This document shows, one piece after another, positions 11,101 through 21,363 of a DNA stretch of 64,000 nucleotides; positions within the stretch are counted from its first letter, which is position 1, and every line of letters starts with the position of its first letter. The stretch is taken from positions 1-64,000 of IMG/VR virus record IMGVR_UViG_3300020578_000043; one strand, 5' to 3'. Source of the DNA: a virus. The notes under the pieces were generated by a model. That model had not been told where the DNA came from. It saw only the letters and a list, made by a program, of their open reading frames with translations, and searched no databases. The position numbers and the translations under genes are program-made.

Positions 11101-11302
11101 CGGTGGATCCTGATATGTTCGTGGCACCGAATGTTGTGAACAGATCCGTGACCGTCCGCAACGTCACAGGAACAAATGCAGGACCCTTTAGAGCAGGACC
11201 AATGACCGCTGCAGGAATTCCTGACGGGGCTTGCTTGAACGGGCCAACGAACCCCAGATCGCTAGCAAGCAATCCGGCGCCCTTTATCTCTCGCTTTGAC
11301 AT
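8168..11302 (-). CDS. Tail sheath protein paralog 3 (gp18-like, most divergent)
   Basis: GPAFVP, PWFAPAG, INP, GQKT, RINVRRLL and C-terminal EFVSLDF sheath motifs. Confidence 0.88.
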   Translation of the reverse strand: MSKREIKGAGLLASDLGFVGPFKQAPSGIPAAVIGPALKGPAFVPVTLRTVTDLFTTFGATNISGSTVGVPETSTNYGLMASEEWLQNSTALTYLRVLGVGDGNKRVDSGATSGDVANAGFTVGEKLPDYVNSSGTLGSNPYANSGGIPGRTYFLGCFMSESAGSTIFSSAKIQGTGSVNNSGASSIPLVRAILMAPSGVVLRLSASGGGRNSNPPASSLVATDASSNGTSLGSVVLYDGIGTSLQQFVLLLNGHKGTDEYPNVITASLDMQSDNYIGRVLNQSASFIQQAGHYLSTYWDIHPSVAFLTGTGVVSAGCDVPNSTNQVLGKERSVFLLTGSSGWNAGSSTAPNYENFRDRFSHAVTPWIISQKIHGKYVNLFRFHALDAGSNVSNQYKVLIHDIIPAAVTDDYQYASFTVSIRSFRDLDDSSPDLETYIDVNLDPASPRYISKIIGDTHAYYDFDRTAGEQKFVIEGNYPVRSRILRVEVSPGVSDQSAPAVVIPMGFRGVSHLVTSGSSPLASLGGTDASALSVSNFLRNTTALPLPLMENLNALDGNGNFKSSASRRWGVRFEMTTDPTDPNASKTFNESLEAMTRHFPNHSTTYANFSVSNNEGTPDTAQLGIIDADRFCNNLFTLENIRIKTGSNGFVDPAEDWVFASYVRDGGFAAEDFFKTRPVGVNDLRDAQSRNYLSFYTIFQGGSDGLNIFDFEEKNLTNAAVRADMDYPERGREQGPNVRAYHKALDILGNVSDFDMNLLAIPGIRHPVVTDEAISVVESRFDAMYVMDVEQSNISGETLDMSRYAAYVNNDRADVSSTIRQFTARGLNSSFAAAYFPDVVQSIPSVVYGIDRVEVPPSVVVLGAMSLNDSIGQPWFAPAGATRGNLPRTLLTIGNVSENDLNSLYSNNINPLYVTKNASNKDSGVVILGQKTVSSSTSSLSRINVRRLLIEIRRQAREVALGLLFSQNLQTTLGIFSSEMGRRLSVIQGLFGLREYNVKVDLSTTTQKDIDNNTIRGKIYLRPTKIKEFVSLDFIVSNGLESEI

Positions 11303-11375
11303 TTATACGTTTCTCTACGCAACATAACTATGTCGACGGCAATCTATGCGACCATCCTCGCAACGATTGACGCCA

Positions 11376-11410
11376 TAAAATAATTAAGGGCCTCCGAGGA
11401 AGCCCTTAAA
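11376..11410 (-). terminator. Terminator after sheath paralog 2
   Basis: TTAAGGGCTTCC-TC-GGAGGCCCTTAA hairpin followed by TTATTTT on the minus strand. Confidence 0.65.
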
Positions 11411-11464
11411 AATTAATTCAATATTTTGACACCTGAATTATTAGGTGCTTTTTTGTGATTTATT

Positions 11465-14400
11465 TCACTGGACTTGTTGAAGGTTGTTGGCCACAACGAA
11501 GTCCAAGGAGACGAACTCGATCGTCTTTGTTGGTTGCAAGAAGATCTTGCCTCTGACTGTGTTGTTTTCAATGTCCGCTTGTGTCGTCGTCGAAGAATCG
11601 ATGATGACGCGGAATCTCTCGAGACCAGCAAGGGCCTGGATTCTCTGGAGTCTTGGCGTGACTGCCGCAGTGAAGCGGGCGAGGGTCGCTTCACGGTTTG
11701 GCTCGAAGATGATCGTCTGTGCAATCTCACGAACCTGGCGGCGGACGTCGATGAGGAGGCGGCGGACGTTGATACGGTCGAGCGCTGACGCCGTCTGCAA
11801 CATCGTCTTCTGTCCCCAGACCACGACTCCACCCTTCGGATTCGTTCCTCCTCGTGTCGTCGTTGCCGGTGCATATATCGGATTGATGTCCTCATCGTAC
11901 AACGAGTCGAGATCCGCATCCTTCAACTGGATGCTCGTCTCTAGCGTCGTAGAAAGATCTCCTCTTGACAGACCCGCTGGTGCGAACCATGGATAACCTA
12001 TCGAATCATTTAGCGATAAGGCACCCATCACGACGACCGAAGGAGGAACCACGACTGTGTTCGTCGTCTTGACCGGATCTCTCATGAGGACGTCAGGGAA
12101 GTATGCCGCTGCGAAGGACGTGTTGATGTTACGTGCCTTGTGCTGATCGACTGTTTCCTTGACTGACGGCTTCGTTGCAGTAGCAATGTTGATCAGGTTT
12201 CCGTCCTTGTCGACCTGCTCAATGTCCATGATATAGAGGGCGTCAAACCTCTCTTCTGTGGACCTGATGGCCTCGTCAGTGATGACTGGAACTCTGATAC
12301 CAGGTATTGCAAGCAGCTGTATGTCGACGTTAGTTGTGTTCTTCATGACCTCGAGGGCCTTGAGGTATGCCGCAACGTTGGGTCCTGCAGAGCGACCACG
12401 ATTGACGTCGTTCATGTCTGCGACTGCGGCTGCATTGCTGATATCTGCTTCATCTTGGTTGAAGATGTTGACGCCGTCGAAGCCGCCTTGCATGATGAAT
12501 GAGAACTTTAAGAACTTGCGGTTCTGAGAGTTCGTGAGGTCGCTTGCTGCGACTGCCCTTGTCTTGGCTGCATTATCTGTAGTGATGTTGCCTTTCCTGA
12601 CATAATCGGCGTACTTCCAATCATCATTCTGTGCAACGGTACCGTTTGATCCCGTCAAGATCTTAATGTGCTCAAGTGAGAACAGGTTGTTGCAGAATCG
12701 ATCAGCATCAAGAATTCCGAGTTGTGCAGAATCGGCGACTCCGGAGTTGTCCCCGATGAGGACGTTCAGGTTCACTGTTGAGTGATTCGGGAAGTGCTTC
12801 GTGAAGCTGTGAATGGACTTGTCCTGAAGTATTGAGCTGTTCTGTTCTGATAGATCAGTTATGTGCTCGAACTTGACGCCCCAGTGGTAACGAGAGTTGA
12901 CCTGTGTCTGTTGACCCGTACCATCATTGAGGTGATTCCTGAATTGGAGCGGAGGCTCAACGACGTTGCGAAGTTCTGTTCCGCCGACTGAGACCAAAGA
13001 TCCTGAATCCAGACCACCGAGGGCAGCCAGTGGGGTCGATCCTGAAGTCACCAAGTGGTAGATGCCCCTGAAGCCCATCGGCACGGCTGTCGGATCGACC
13101 GATGCATCTGCGACTTCATTAGAGACCTCAACCCTTACGTAACGTGAGCGAAGCTCATAGTTACCTTCGATCACCAGCTTCTGCGCTGCATCGTCACGAT
13201 CGAAGTCATAGTATGCATTGATGTCACCGATCACCTTGGCGATGTAGCGATCTGATGAAGGATCGAGATTGATTCCTTCCCAACGTTCAAAGACCTTCTG
13301 GTCAATGTCGGTGTCAGTCAGGCTACGAATTGAAAGGCTGAAAGATCCGTACTTGTTCGTTGGGTCATTTGACGGCACGATGTTGTAGATTGAGACCTTG
13401 TACTTGTTTGAGATTCCTGCACCATCATCTAGAGCATGAAGCTTGAAGAGATTGACGGGTGATCCGCCGAACTTCTGAGAGATGACCCAAGGCGACTTTG
13501 CGCTTGAGAACCTATCGCGGTATCCTTCGTAATTCGGTGCAGTCGAAGATCCTACGTCACGAGCTCCAGATCCTGACAACAAGAATGCGCTGCGTTCTGC
13601 TCTGTATCCTGTATCAAAGATTGATCCTGAAGCGACGGCACCTGCGCCGGTGACGACCGCAAGAGCTGGATGGATATCCCAGTGTGCTGCAAGGTAGTGA
13701 CCTGCTTGTTCCATCTTGAAAGGATCTGTGTTCAGGACCTTGCTGATGTAGTTTGCTGCCGTGACGTCGAAAGACGCTGTCAACACGTTCGGATATGCTG
13801 CATCCGTTCCCTTGTGTCCGTTCAACAACAAGGTGAACTCTTGCTTCGATACATTGCTCGATGTCAAGATCATCATTCCCAGTGTCGTTCCTCTCGCTGA
13901 TGCATCGAGTGCAATCAGCGTTGAAGCAGGAGGAGCCGAATTGATTCCTACTGCAGAAGCCGACATGCGAAGAATGACTCCTGAAGGTGCCATCAACACG
14001 CCTCTCACGATCGGCACAGCAGCAGCAACGATGTTGTTGACGCTGCCGGTGCCTTGAAGACCTGCTGCGCTGAATGCGCTTGATCCTTGAGATTCTGACA
14101 TGAAGCAACCTAGGAAGTACGTACGACCAGGTATACCACCTGAGTTTGCATACGCGTTTGATGATAGAGCTCCATCAGTTGATGAAGGCTGCTTTTCACC
14201 TACTGTAAAGCCGGCGCTGGTCACGTCACCTGCCGTAGTACCGGAAGAGACTCTTTTCTTTCCATCACCGACTCCTAGAACCCTGAGATAAGTGACCGCC
14301 GTCGCTCGGCGCATCCACTCAGATACAGCAAGAGGACCAAACTTCTTCGCATCGCTCTCACCGAACTTTGCAAAGAAGTCCTTCAACGTTCCGTACGTCA

Positions 14401-14536
14401 GCGGAACGAAGGCTGGCCCCTTGACTGACGTTCCGACAACACCTGCCGGTACGCCCGCTGGACCAACCTCGACCGGTCCTGTTAGATCAATTTCTCTTGT
14501 CGTTACCCCTGCGCTTCCAAACTTGAGCTGTGCCAT
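11465..14536 (-). CDS. Tail sheath protein paralog 2 (gp18-like)
   Basis: SAGVTTREIDL, KGPAFVP, YPWFAPAG, WGQKT, LDRINVRRLL, FEPN, TIEFVSLDF. Confidence 0.92.
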   Translation of the reverse strand: MAQLKFGSAGVTTREIDLTGPVEVGPAGVPAGVVGTSVKGPAFVPLTYGTLKDFFAKFGESDAKKFGPLAVSEWMRRATAVTYLRVLGVGDGKKRVSSGTTAGDVTSAGFTVGEKQPSSTDGALSSNAYANSGGIPGRTYFLGCFMSESQGSSAFSAAGLQGTGSVNNIVAAAVPIVRGVLMAPSGVILRMSASAVGINSAPPASTLIALDASARGTTLGMMILTSSNVSKQEFTLLLNGHKGTDAAYPNVLTASFDVTAANYISKVLNTDPFKMEQAGHYLAAHWDIHPALAVVTGAGAVASGSIFDTGYRAERSAFLLSGSGARDVGSSTAPNYEGYRDRFSSAKSPWVISQKFGGSPVNLFKLHALDDGAGISNKYKVSIYNIVPSNDPTNKYGSFSLSIRSLTDTDIDQKVFERWEGINLDPSSDRYIAKVIGDINAYYDFDRDDAAQKLVIEGNYELRSRYVRVEVSNEVADASVDPTAVPMGFRGIYHLVTSGSTPLAALGGLDSGSLVSVGGTELRNVVEPPLQFRNHLNDGTGQQTQVNSRYHWGVKFEHITDLSEQNSSILQDKSIHSFTKHFPNHSTVNLNVLIGDNSGVADSAQLGILDADRFCNNLFSLEHIKILTGSNGTVAQNDDWKYADYVRKGNITTDNAAKTRAVAASDLTNSQNRKFLKFSFIMQGGFDGVNIFNQDEADISNAAAVADMNDVNRGRSAGPNVAAYLKALEVMKNTTNVDIQLLAIPGIRVPVITDEAIRSTEERFDALYIMDIEQVDKDGNLINIATATKPSVKETVDQHKARNINTSFAAAYFPDVLMRDPVKTTNTVVVPPSVVVMGALSLNDSIGYPWFAPAGLSRGDLSTTLETSIQLKDADLDSLYDEDINPIYAPATTTRGGTNPKGGVVVWGQKTMLQTASALDRINVRRLLIDVRRQVREIAQTIIFEPNREATLARFTAAVTPRLQRIQALAGLERFRVIIDSSTTTQADIENNTVRGKIFLQPTKTIEFVSLDFVVANNLQQVQ

Positions 14537-14593
14537 TTATCTCGCTCCTACGCTTTGCTGATTAAGTATCAATTTATCTGCGAATTTTCAGTA

Positions 14594-17500
14594 TCAAACG
14601 AACTGAACGCCCGCATTTGTGACGATGAAGTCGATGGCGATGAATTCGATCGCTCTTGTCGGGACCACAACGATCCTTCCATTTAAACGATTGAGATCGA
14701 CATCTTCTTGTGTGTTGTTCGTTTCGTTCATCACGACCTGGAACGCTTCGATACCTGCCTGCGCTTGGATGAGGCTCAATTGAAGCGTAGAGTCAGCAAC
14801 GAACTTATTGCGAACCGCCGGCGTGTTCTGCTCGAACACGATCCTGTTTGCTATGTTTATGATCAATCTCTTCACCTCGAGGAGGAGGCGTCGAACGTTG
14901 ACTCTATCAAGAGCCGACTTCCTGATCTGCAGAGTCTTTTGACCGTATATCACGAATCCAAGACGTGGGAACGTCGCGATCGGATTGATGCGTGCATCGT
15001 AGAGTCGATCTCTATCTGACACATTCAATCTGACCTCTACGTTGTTGACGAAGTCAAGAGCTGCGCGGTTGAAACCGGCCGGCGCAAACCATGGGTATGC
15101 ATTCCTGTCGTTGAATCCTATCGCACCCAGTGCTGCGACAGAAGCCGGTACCTTGACATAGCGGTTGTTGACGGCATCATTAATGTAGACGTTAGGGAAG
15201 TATGTCGCAACGTAGTTGTTGTCGAATGTCCTGTCCTCAAACGTCGATGCAGTGTTCTCTATGTTTATCTTGGCAGTCGAGTCATCATAGATGCGATTGT
15301 TGTTGTCATCATAGTTCGGAAGATCCATAACATACATTGAGAGGCCGTAATCACGAACCTTCTTTGATGTGTAGTTGGTAATGTAATCTTCACGAATTCC
15401 AGGAAGCGCCAACAGGTTGACGTTGACCTGCAATGCATCTGTCATCACGTCGACGGCAGTGATGTAAGAGTTGACTGAGTTGTTATCAACTCCAACACCG
15501 GCTTGATTGGTCGTCAGCCCAGGAGAGACGTATGTCGTTGATGCTGCGCCTAGAGGAGTCTCAAATGAGGTTGCCTTGTCATTCATTCTTGCGGCTGCTG
15601 AATCAAGGATGTTTAGACCGTCGAAACCTCCTTGCATGAATGACGTGAATTTAGCAAATGAAGAATACTTGTTGAATTCATAAGGCTGCCCGTTCGACAA
15701 CAGAGATGCAAAGGTGATACGATTTCCTAGAACCGGATCATTGATCGTGTAGTTTGACGGATCGACATTCGCATTTCTGACGTATGCAGCTTCTCTCATG
15801 TGAGCTCTGATCGTTCCCGTCAGTGCTGATATCGCGGTCGCTGAGAATGCAACCTTGGACAATGAGAACTTGTTGTTGTTCAACACGTCAGCGCCAGATC
15901 CTGTGACGAGAACGTCAAGCTTCTTGATGCCAGAGAACTTGGTGAAGCTCTCGAGCAAAGGATTCTTGACTTCTGTCAAGTTCGCATTTAGAGGTACATC
16001 ATTTCTCTCAAACTTGACACCCCAATAGAACTGAGGTGATGCTGCCTCTTGAGGGCCGGGGCTTCCGTCCCAGCTTGTCGTTGAAGGAATCTCGCCCTTT
16101 GTGACCTTAAAACGGTAAGGAACAGGAGGAACGATGGATTGCGAAAGTATGCCTGACGATGGAACGTCAAACACACCTGCAAGCCTCTTTGCTCCTGTCA
16201 CACCATCTGATAGAGAATCATTCGTCTTTATGACCTCGTGACCTCTGAATCCGAAAGGTAGAGATTTTGCAGGAACCTTCTTGTCCTCGACCGCAGTCGG
16301 TATGATGACCCTAACGAGCTTGGAAACGTTGGCATATTTACCGCTTGTAATGACTCTACGTTCGCTGACAATGTCTTGATCAAAGTCGTACGTCACCTTG
16401 CGGTCGCCGATCAACTTACCGATGTAGTTGTCTGCATCAGGATTGAACGAACAGTTGACGAACTCCTCTAGAATCTGAGGGTTGATGTCTGTGTCATTCC
16501 AATCGCGGATCTGAACGTTGAACGTTCCGTATTCATCAGCTTCGTTCTCAGACACCTTAAGGTTTGCTATCGAAACCTTGTACAGGCTGTTGGCATATGC
16601 TCCATCATCAAGAGCCTCTAGGGCGAAAAGATCATACTCAGTCGTGCCGAAAGGCTGAGATATGAAGTGTGGAGTCTTCGGCGTGGTAAAGCGAGTGTCA
16701 AAACCTCCGAATGCATTTCTAAACACGGTTGAAGGCTCTCCAGATACGTTGCTGGTGTTTGTTGATCCCGACAGGACTGCGACGTAATCGTCATTGACGA
16801 CAGTGGCAATCTCGTCATCAACGGCAAAATCTGCATACAACAAGTGTTGGTACTGAGCAAATTTCTCTGGATCCCTGTTAAGAACCTTACCGAAGTAATC
16901 ATCGCTGCTGGGATTCATTGATGCAGTGTAGACCTTGACACCTGGAAGCTTGTCATCGAAAGCAAAGTTAGATCCCAACGTAGAGGATATGACTAGCTTA
17001 AACTTACCTAGTTTAACCAATGCAGCATCATCGAGCGTCGTGGCACCGACAAATGCCGAAGGAACCAATTGATTACCATCAAGCACCATCATTCTAGCAC
17101 CGGACGCCATCATGACGACACCACGGACGAGATTCATATTGCTTGACTGCGAACGTGAATCATTGTCCGTAAAGATCGGCATGCCGTATGCCTCACTAGC
17201 TTGCAGGGTGTGATCTGCAACGAGGTACTGCACTGATCCAACGTGACGGCCCAATGCATCATGGGACGCTACAGATCCTTCTATTTTGAATCCAGCGTTT
17301 CTAACTCGTCCTGTCGATACGGTCGTTGAGATGTCCGTTGTGCTCTTGTTTGCACCAGCTCCAAGAACTCTCATGAACGTCAACGCAGTACGATTCTTCA
17401 AGAACTCATTAACTGCATACGGACCAAACTTCTTCGGATCTAGATCTCCAAAGATGCTTGTGAATTCATTAAAACTCGCGACGGCGACGGGAACGAAAGC

Positions 17501-17623
17501 AGGACCCTTATTCGATGTACCTATCACTCCTGCAGGAACCCCAACGGGACCTGACGGTGGCGGGACCCTTAACTCAATCTCACGCTCAAAAAACCCAGGA
17601 GACCTAAAAACTTGCTCGGCCAT
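14594..17623 (-). CDS. Tail sheath protein paralog 1 (gp18-like)
   Basis: SPGFFEREI, KGPAFVP, YPWFAPAGFNR, INPIATFP, YGQKTLQ, LDRVNVRRLL, FEQN, AIEFIAIDF. Confidence 0.92.
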   Translation of the reverse strand: MAEQVFRSPGFFEREIELRVPPPSGPVGVPAGVIGTSNKGPAFVPVAVASFNEFTSIFGDLDPKKFGPYAVNEFLKNRTALTFMRVLGAGANKSTTDISTTVSTGRVRNAGFKIEGSVASHDALGRHVGSVQYLVADHTLQASEAYGMPIFTDNDSRSQSSNMNLVRGVVMMASGARMMVLDGNQLVPSAFVGATTLDDAALVKLGKFKLVISSTLGSNFAFDDKLPGVKVYTASMNPSSDDYFGKVLNRDPEKFAQYQHLLYADFAVDDEIATVVNDDYVAVLSGSTNTSNVSGEPSTVFRNAFGGFDTRFTTPKTPHFISQPFGTTEYDLFALEALDDGAYANSLYKVSIANLKVSENEADEYGTFNVQIRDWNDTDINPQILEEFVNCSFNPDADNYIGKLIGDRKVTYDFDQDIVSERRVITSGKYANVSKLVRVIIPTAVEDKKVPAKSLPFGFRGHEVIKTNDSLSDGVTGAKRLAGVFDVPSSGILSQSIVPPVPYRFKVTKGEIPSTTSWDGSPGPQEAASPQFYWGVKFERNDVPLNANLTEVKNPLLESFTKFSGIKKLDVLVTGSGADVLNNNKFSLSKVAFSATAISALTGTIRAHMREAAYVRNANVDPSNYTINDPVLGNRITFASLLSNGQPYEFNKYSSFAKFTSFMQGGFDGLNILDSAAARMNDKATSFETPLGAASTTYVSPGLTTNQAGVGVDNNSVNSYITAVDVMTDALQVNVNLLALPGIREDYITNYTSKKVRDYGLSMYVMDLPNYDDNNNRIYDDSTAKINIENTASTFEDRTFDNNYVATYFPNVYINDAVNNRYVKVPASVAALGAIGFNDRNAYPWFAPAGFNRAALDFVNNVEVRLNVSDRDRLYDARINPIATFPRLGFVIYGQKTLQIRKSALDRVNVRRLLLEVKRLIINIANRIVFEQNTPAVRNKFVADSTLQLSLIQAQAGIEAFQVVMNETNNTQEDVDLNRLNGRIVVVPTRAIEFIAIDFIVTNAGVQFV

Positions 17624-17697
17624 TATCTTGCTCCTTCATGCAACAGACAAACTTTCCTTATAAGTATCTCAAGAAAACCAAAAAACATTTTTGAATA

Positions 17698-19053
17698 TCA
17701 AAAGTCTTTGGTCACGTGATAGGTAAGACCACCGAGCAACTCATCAGGAGTTAACGGCGCCTGATTTGATTTATTGGACCCTGGTTGTGTCACTGAACCT
17801 GGTTTTACAATGGACTCTCCAGACGACTTATTGACAGAGTATACTCTGACGTATCCAGTTTGAGATTTCCCGTCTAATCCGTTCGATGTTACTTTTAGGT
17901 ATTGAGGAAGATTTTGCCGTTGTGTTCTGTTGGACAATGCAGGATCGATCATTACGTTTGGATCCTTCGGGTCATAGTTTCCGATTCCTGTCCTTCGTTG
18001 ATCTGATCTCAGGTTTTTTTCTGCAGAAAGAGGTAACGTCGGATCGTCCGATCCAAGAAATGGATCATTGACGACGTTCGGTAGTTGATCTTGAACTGAA
18101 TTTGATGACGTTCCTACGTCAAAGCTTACAACAGGAGATGAAACGTATCTCTTGATCGGTATTCCTACACCAGGTTGCTGGGTCGCAAAGATGTACGCTT
18201 TAACATTGACGTTAAACTTATACTTGATGATTCTCTCTTCTTGACCCATCTCATCATAATTTCCTTCAGGGTTGTAGGAGTTACCTTCGACCATGGCAAG
18301 GAACCAGTATCCCTTAGATGTGTTTATTCTCCAAGAATTTCCTTGAGGTAAGAAAGAAGAGATCAACTGTTCGATCAACTGATTCATGTGTTGTGTGTAC
18401 TGAGTCCACATGCTGACTTCATAGTCTATCGTGCAGAACTGAGGCGCAGGTATGACTATCGTCTCATATATGTTGTTCTTCTTGATGTCTGCAAGCCAAG
18501 CTCCGTCCCTAAATGTGGGGTCTGTCTCATCCGCCCCGACCTCACGCTCAGTTAAGAGTTGGCCTTCGGCGTGGTCAGAATTAGGATCGACAGCAACGTT
18601 TTTCTGGTTCTTCAACAAGAACCTGTTGATCAGATTTTGATAACCCCTGTCGGACTTGTCTAACCTTCTGTGAATCACGATCTCATTTGTCTGCTGATTG
18701 ATGCCACGACCGACTATGTCTGACGTGGCATCTTGAGTTATGTTCGTCCGCGCGATCGTTACCAGGGGAAGTATCAAAGAATTGTTTCGATCCCTCAAGG
18801 CTCGTTTTTTCTTCAACAATGCCCACTTTTCACCTGATGCGAAGATGACAGGAACCTTCTTGGGCTCTGCATTATTTCCTTCAACTTGCAACTTAATCTC
18901 ATTTTCAAACAATTTAAATAGAGCAACGTCGACATCCTCTATGCCTACTGGTGCGATAGACAGATCAGGTATACCTTGATGCGTGTCGGCATTAATCCCG
19001 ATGACGCCGAAGGTAGACTGACTCTTTGAATTAAAACGTGTTGGCATAATCAC
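17698..19053 (-). CDS. Tail terminator / sheath stabilizer (gp15-like)
   Basis: KVPVIFASGEKW, ILPL, YEVSMWTQY..HMNQLIEQ; lies between neck and sheath genes. Confidence 0.65.
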   Translation of the reverse strand: MIMPTRFNSKSQSTFGVIGINADTHQGIPDLSIAPVGIEDVDVALFKLFENEIKLQVEGNNAEPKKVPVIFASGEKWALLKKKRALRDRNNSLILPLVTIARTNITQDATSDIVGRGINQQTNEIVIHRRLDKSDRGYQNLINRFLLKNQKNVAVDPNSDHAEGQLLTEREVGADETDPTFRDGAWLADIKKNNIYETIVIPAPQFCTIDYEVSMWTQYTQHMNQLIEQLISSFLPQGNSWRINTSKGYWFLAMVEGNSYNPEGNYDEMGQEERIIKYKFNVNVKAYIFATQQPGVGIPIKRYVSSPVVSFDVGTSSNSVQDQLPNVVNDPFLGSDDPTLPLSAEKNLRSDQRRTGIGNYDPKDPNVMIDPALSNRTQRQNLPQYLKVTSNGLDGKSQTGYVRVYSVNKSSGESIVKPGSVTQPGSNKSNQAPLTPDELLGGLTYHVTKDF

Positions 19054-19715
19054 TCATCATAGAAAGAACTTCCAGTTCCTGTAGAATCTCCCAATCCAGA
19101 AACCTCCCTAGGTCCTGACAACGGAGGATCAAGGACACCGTTCTTGACCAAGTCTCTAACGTCTGCAGTTGGGCCATCCTTGTTCTCAGCGACTCCTCTT
19201 TGTTGCACAAATGTCTCTTGAACGGCATCTGGATCTGCGTACTTGATATCCGTCGGTCCATTTGTGATGGCCTTAAACTGGCTCTCACGTACTCTAGTTC
19301 CCATCAATGAAACTCCATCGATGTTCTCTGCCTGGCCATAAATCGTGCGCATGTACTTGTATTCTGTGATCTCGTAGAAGATCGATCCGAATGAGAAGTA
19401 ATCGCCTATCGACGGATTCAACCCCTTCTCGACCATATCTCTGTGTTGTATGTAAACTTCCAACGTAAATTGAGAATCAATACCAAACTTCGTTATCTTC
19501 GTCTCGTTCTGAAACTGTGCGTTTACAAGAGCCTCTACGACGATCGGATTGTCAAACACTTTCTGTAGAGCCTCGTCATAGACCTCATGAGACTGAGTCT
19601 TCGTCTCTGAGATGGGATAGTAATAGATCTTTTGACCGATGACGTCCTTGACGATCTCTTTTGTGAGATCTGAAATGAAGTTGATCTCTCTGGGTGTGAT
19701 GAATAATCTTGCCAT
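19050..19715 (-). CDS. Neck / head-closure protein (gp14-like)
   Basis: GQKIYYYPI, VYDEA, FGID, P.IGDYF motifs; follows the gp13-like gene. Confidence 0.7.
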   Translation of the reverse strand: MARLFITPREINFISDLTKEIVKDVIGQKIYYYPISETKTQSHEVYDEALQKVFDNPIVVEALVNAQFQNETKITKFGIDSQFTLEVYIQHRDMVEKGLNPSIGDYFSFGSIFYEITEYKYMRTIYGQAENIDGVSLMGTRVRESQFKAITNGPTDIKYADPDAVQETFVQQRGVAENKDGPTADVRDLVKNGVLDPPLSGPREVSGLGDSTGTGSSFYDE

Positions 19716-19721
19716 GGCCTA

Positions 19722-20909
19722 TCAACCTATCACGATTCCCTTGCCTAGAGGCATGGGTATGTATCTCAACTGTTTCTGCATGTTTTCTGCTGCAAGAGCG
19801 TCAGCTTCCAATAGCTTCTGATGGGTCAGGTTAGCCAAGAACTCTTTCATTTGAGTCGTCAACTTTTCTTTATCTTCACGAGACTGGGTCAACAAGTCAG
19901 AGCCGTTTAGTTGTAGATCTGCATTTGGAATAGGAATCGTTTGAAATTTTGATCGTATGAGTCCTAATAGCTCTTTGCATAGAGCCAGGGTGTACTGACG
20001 AATCCATTGTTTTCCAGGTTGATTTATTGTGGTGAAGGGAATGTTGCCAAAGGGTATGTTGCTTGGTCCTGATATTCCGTATATCGTGTCATCTTCATAT
20101 GATGTTGGATTCAAGGGATCATGAGGTTCCATCACCTTTACGAACATCTTACCCATCTGAAGATCTGATGAAGGTATGGGATAAATCCTTAGATTGCTTC
20201 CTATGACATCATAACTGTATTGAGATCTTCTGACTCTGAACGCAGTCTCAAGCATTCCTCTTCGCAGAACGTCTTCAAACACAGGCAACACATAAAACAC
20301 AGTTGAGTTAACGTATGATTCATAGTTAAAGTTTGTGGCAAGAAAATTTGTGATGTTCGATGCATTGAGAAGGAACTGCTGCGCTGCAAGAGGCTCAAAG
20401 TGAAATATCTCGACTATCTTTAATTTTCCTTTTCTTCCAGCTGGCAACGTACTGTAGATAGAGCTACCTGACAGGCTTCCAGAAGCGACCTTAAGATCTT
20501 CATACAGGTTATAATCCTGTTTATCCTTGATCAGGTCGATGTAACCTAACGTGGCGTCAAAAGATCCTCCTACATATGCTTCCGTCGCATATGGCTCTGC
20601 CATTCTTAGCAGGTATTCTACTGTTCTCTTGGCATATCTGTTCGTTAGGTCATTCGAACCTGTAGGAAGACCCATGACGTTCGTCAGATCTGACGTTATC
20701 TTCATTTCATGTATCAAACGTGAATATTCACAACATGCTTCTTCGAAACATGCCCAAATCTCTTTCTTTGTCAACTCTACTGACAGGACATCGTCACCTA
20801 GCTTTCGTTTGACGAACGTCACCATACCATCGGCTTCAGTCTGAAAAGCTGAATCAGAATCAAAGAAACCGAACGGCGTGGGGCTTATTGTTGAGGCGAA
20901 TGTTGTCAT
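19722..20909 (-). CDS. Neck protein / head-tail adaptor (gp13-like)
   Basis: KRKLG...VELT, WIRQYTLALCKELLGLIRSKF..IP.P....LNG motifs. Confidence 0.8.
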   Translation of the reverse strand: MTTFASTISPTPFGFFDSDSAFQTEADGMVTFVKRKLGDDVLSVELTKKEIWACFEEACCEYSRLIHEMKITSDLTNVMGLPTGSNDLTNRYAKRTVEYLLRMAEPYATEAYVGGSFDATLGYIDLIKDKQDYNLYEDLKVASGSLSGSSIYSTLPAGRKGKLKIVEIFHFEPLAAQQFLLNASNITNFLATNFNYESYVNSTVFYVLPVFEDVLRRGMLETAFRVRRSQYSYDVIGSNLRIYPIPSSDLQMGKMFVKVMEPHDPLNPTSYEDDTIYGISGPSNIPFGNIPFTTINQPGKQWIRQYTLALCKELLGLIRSKFQTIPIPNADLQLNGSDLLTQSREDKEKLTTQMKEFLANLTHQKLLEADALAAENMQKQLRYIPMPLGKGIVIG

Positions 20910-20992
20910 ATACGTACGTCACCTAACACTCAAATTCTTAGATAAAAATATGGATGAGCGGCAAAAAAAAATCTTACTAAATAGAATCGTAG

Positions 20993-21322
20993 TCAAACTA
21001 CTCTAGAGTACGTGACACTTATCTTGTCGCCTGTCTTTGGAGCCGTGTTAAAAATCAACAGCCTGTCAGACAACGAATAATCAACCCCAGATGATATTTG
21101 CAGGACATCATTTAAGAACACCAACGTCTTATCAGGATTCGGTTGGTATGAGATGACAAAAGTGCTGTTGTTTCCATCTACCTCACCTGTGGGAGTTTCA
21201 TTCCACACCATCACATCGTACGAATCATACGAGTTGTTGTCAACGACTTGCTGGACTGGACGAGGTCTGTAGTAGGAATAGACCTTCCTAGATCTAGATG
21301 CATCTCTTCTTGTGATCGACAT
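20993..21322 (-). CDS. Small virion-associated beta-rich protein
   Basis: ETPTGEVDGNNSTF...VFLN.VLQ..G.DY...F..AP..GD.I.V.Y, a unit typical of phage structural proteins. Confidence 0.55.
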   Translation of the reverse strand: MSITRRDASRSRKVYSYYRPRPVQQVVDNNSYDSYDVMVWNETPTGEVDGNNSTFVISYQPNPDKTLVFLNDVLQISSGVDYSLSDRLLIFNTAPKTGDKISVTYSRVV

Positions 21323-21363
21323 ATCAATGATTAACTATTGACATGACAAAGACGTTCGACTGA

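Noticed and set aside
7608-17623. Extracellular contractile injection system (three sheaths, as in PVC/Afp)
   Set aside because: Capsid, portal, terminase, protease, neck and replication genes are present, so this is a phage.
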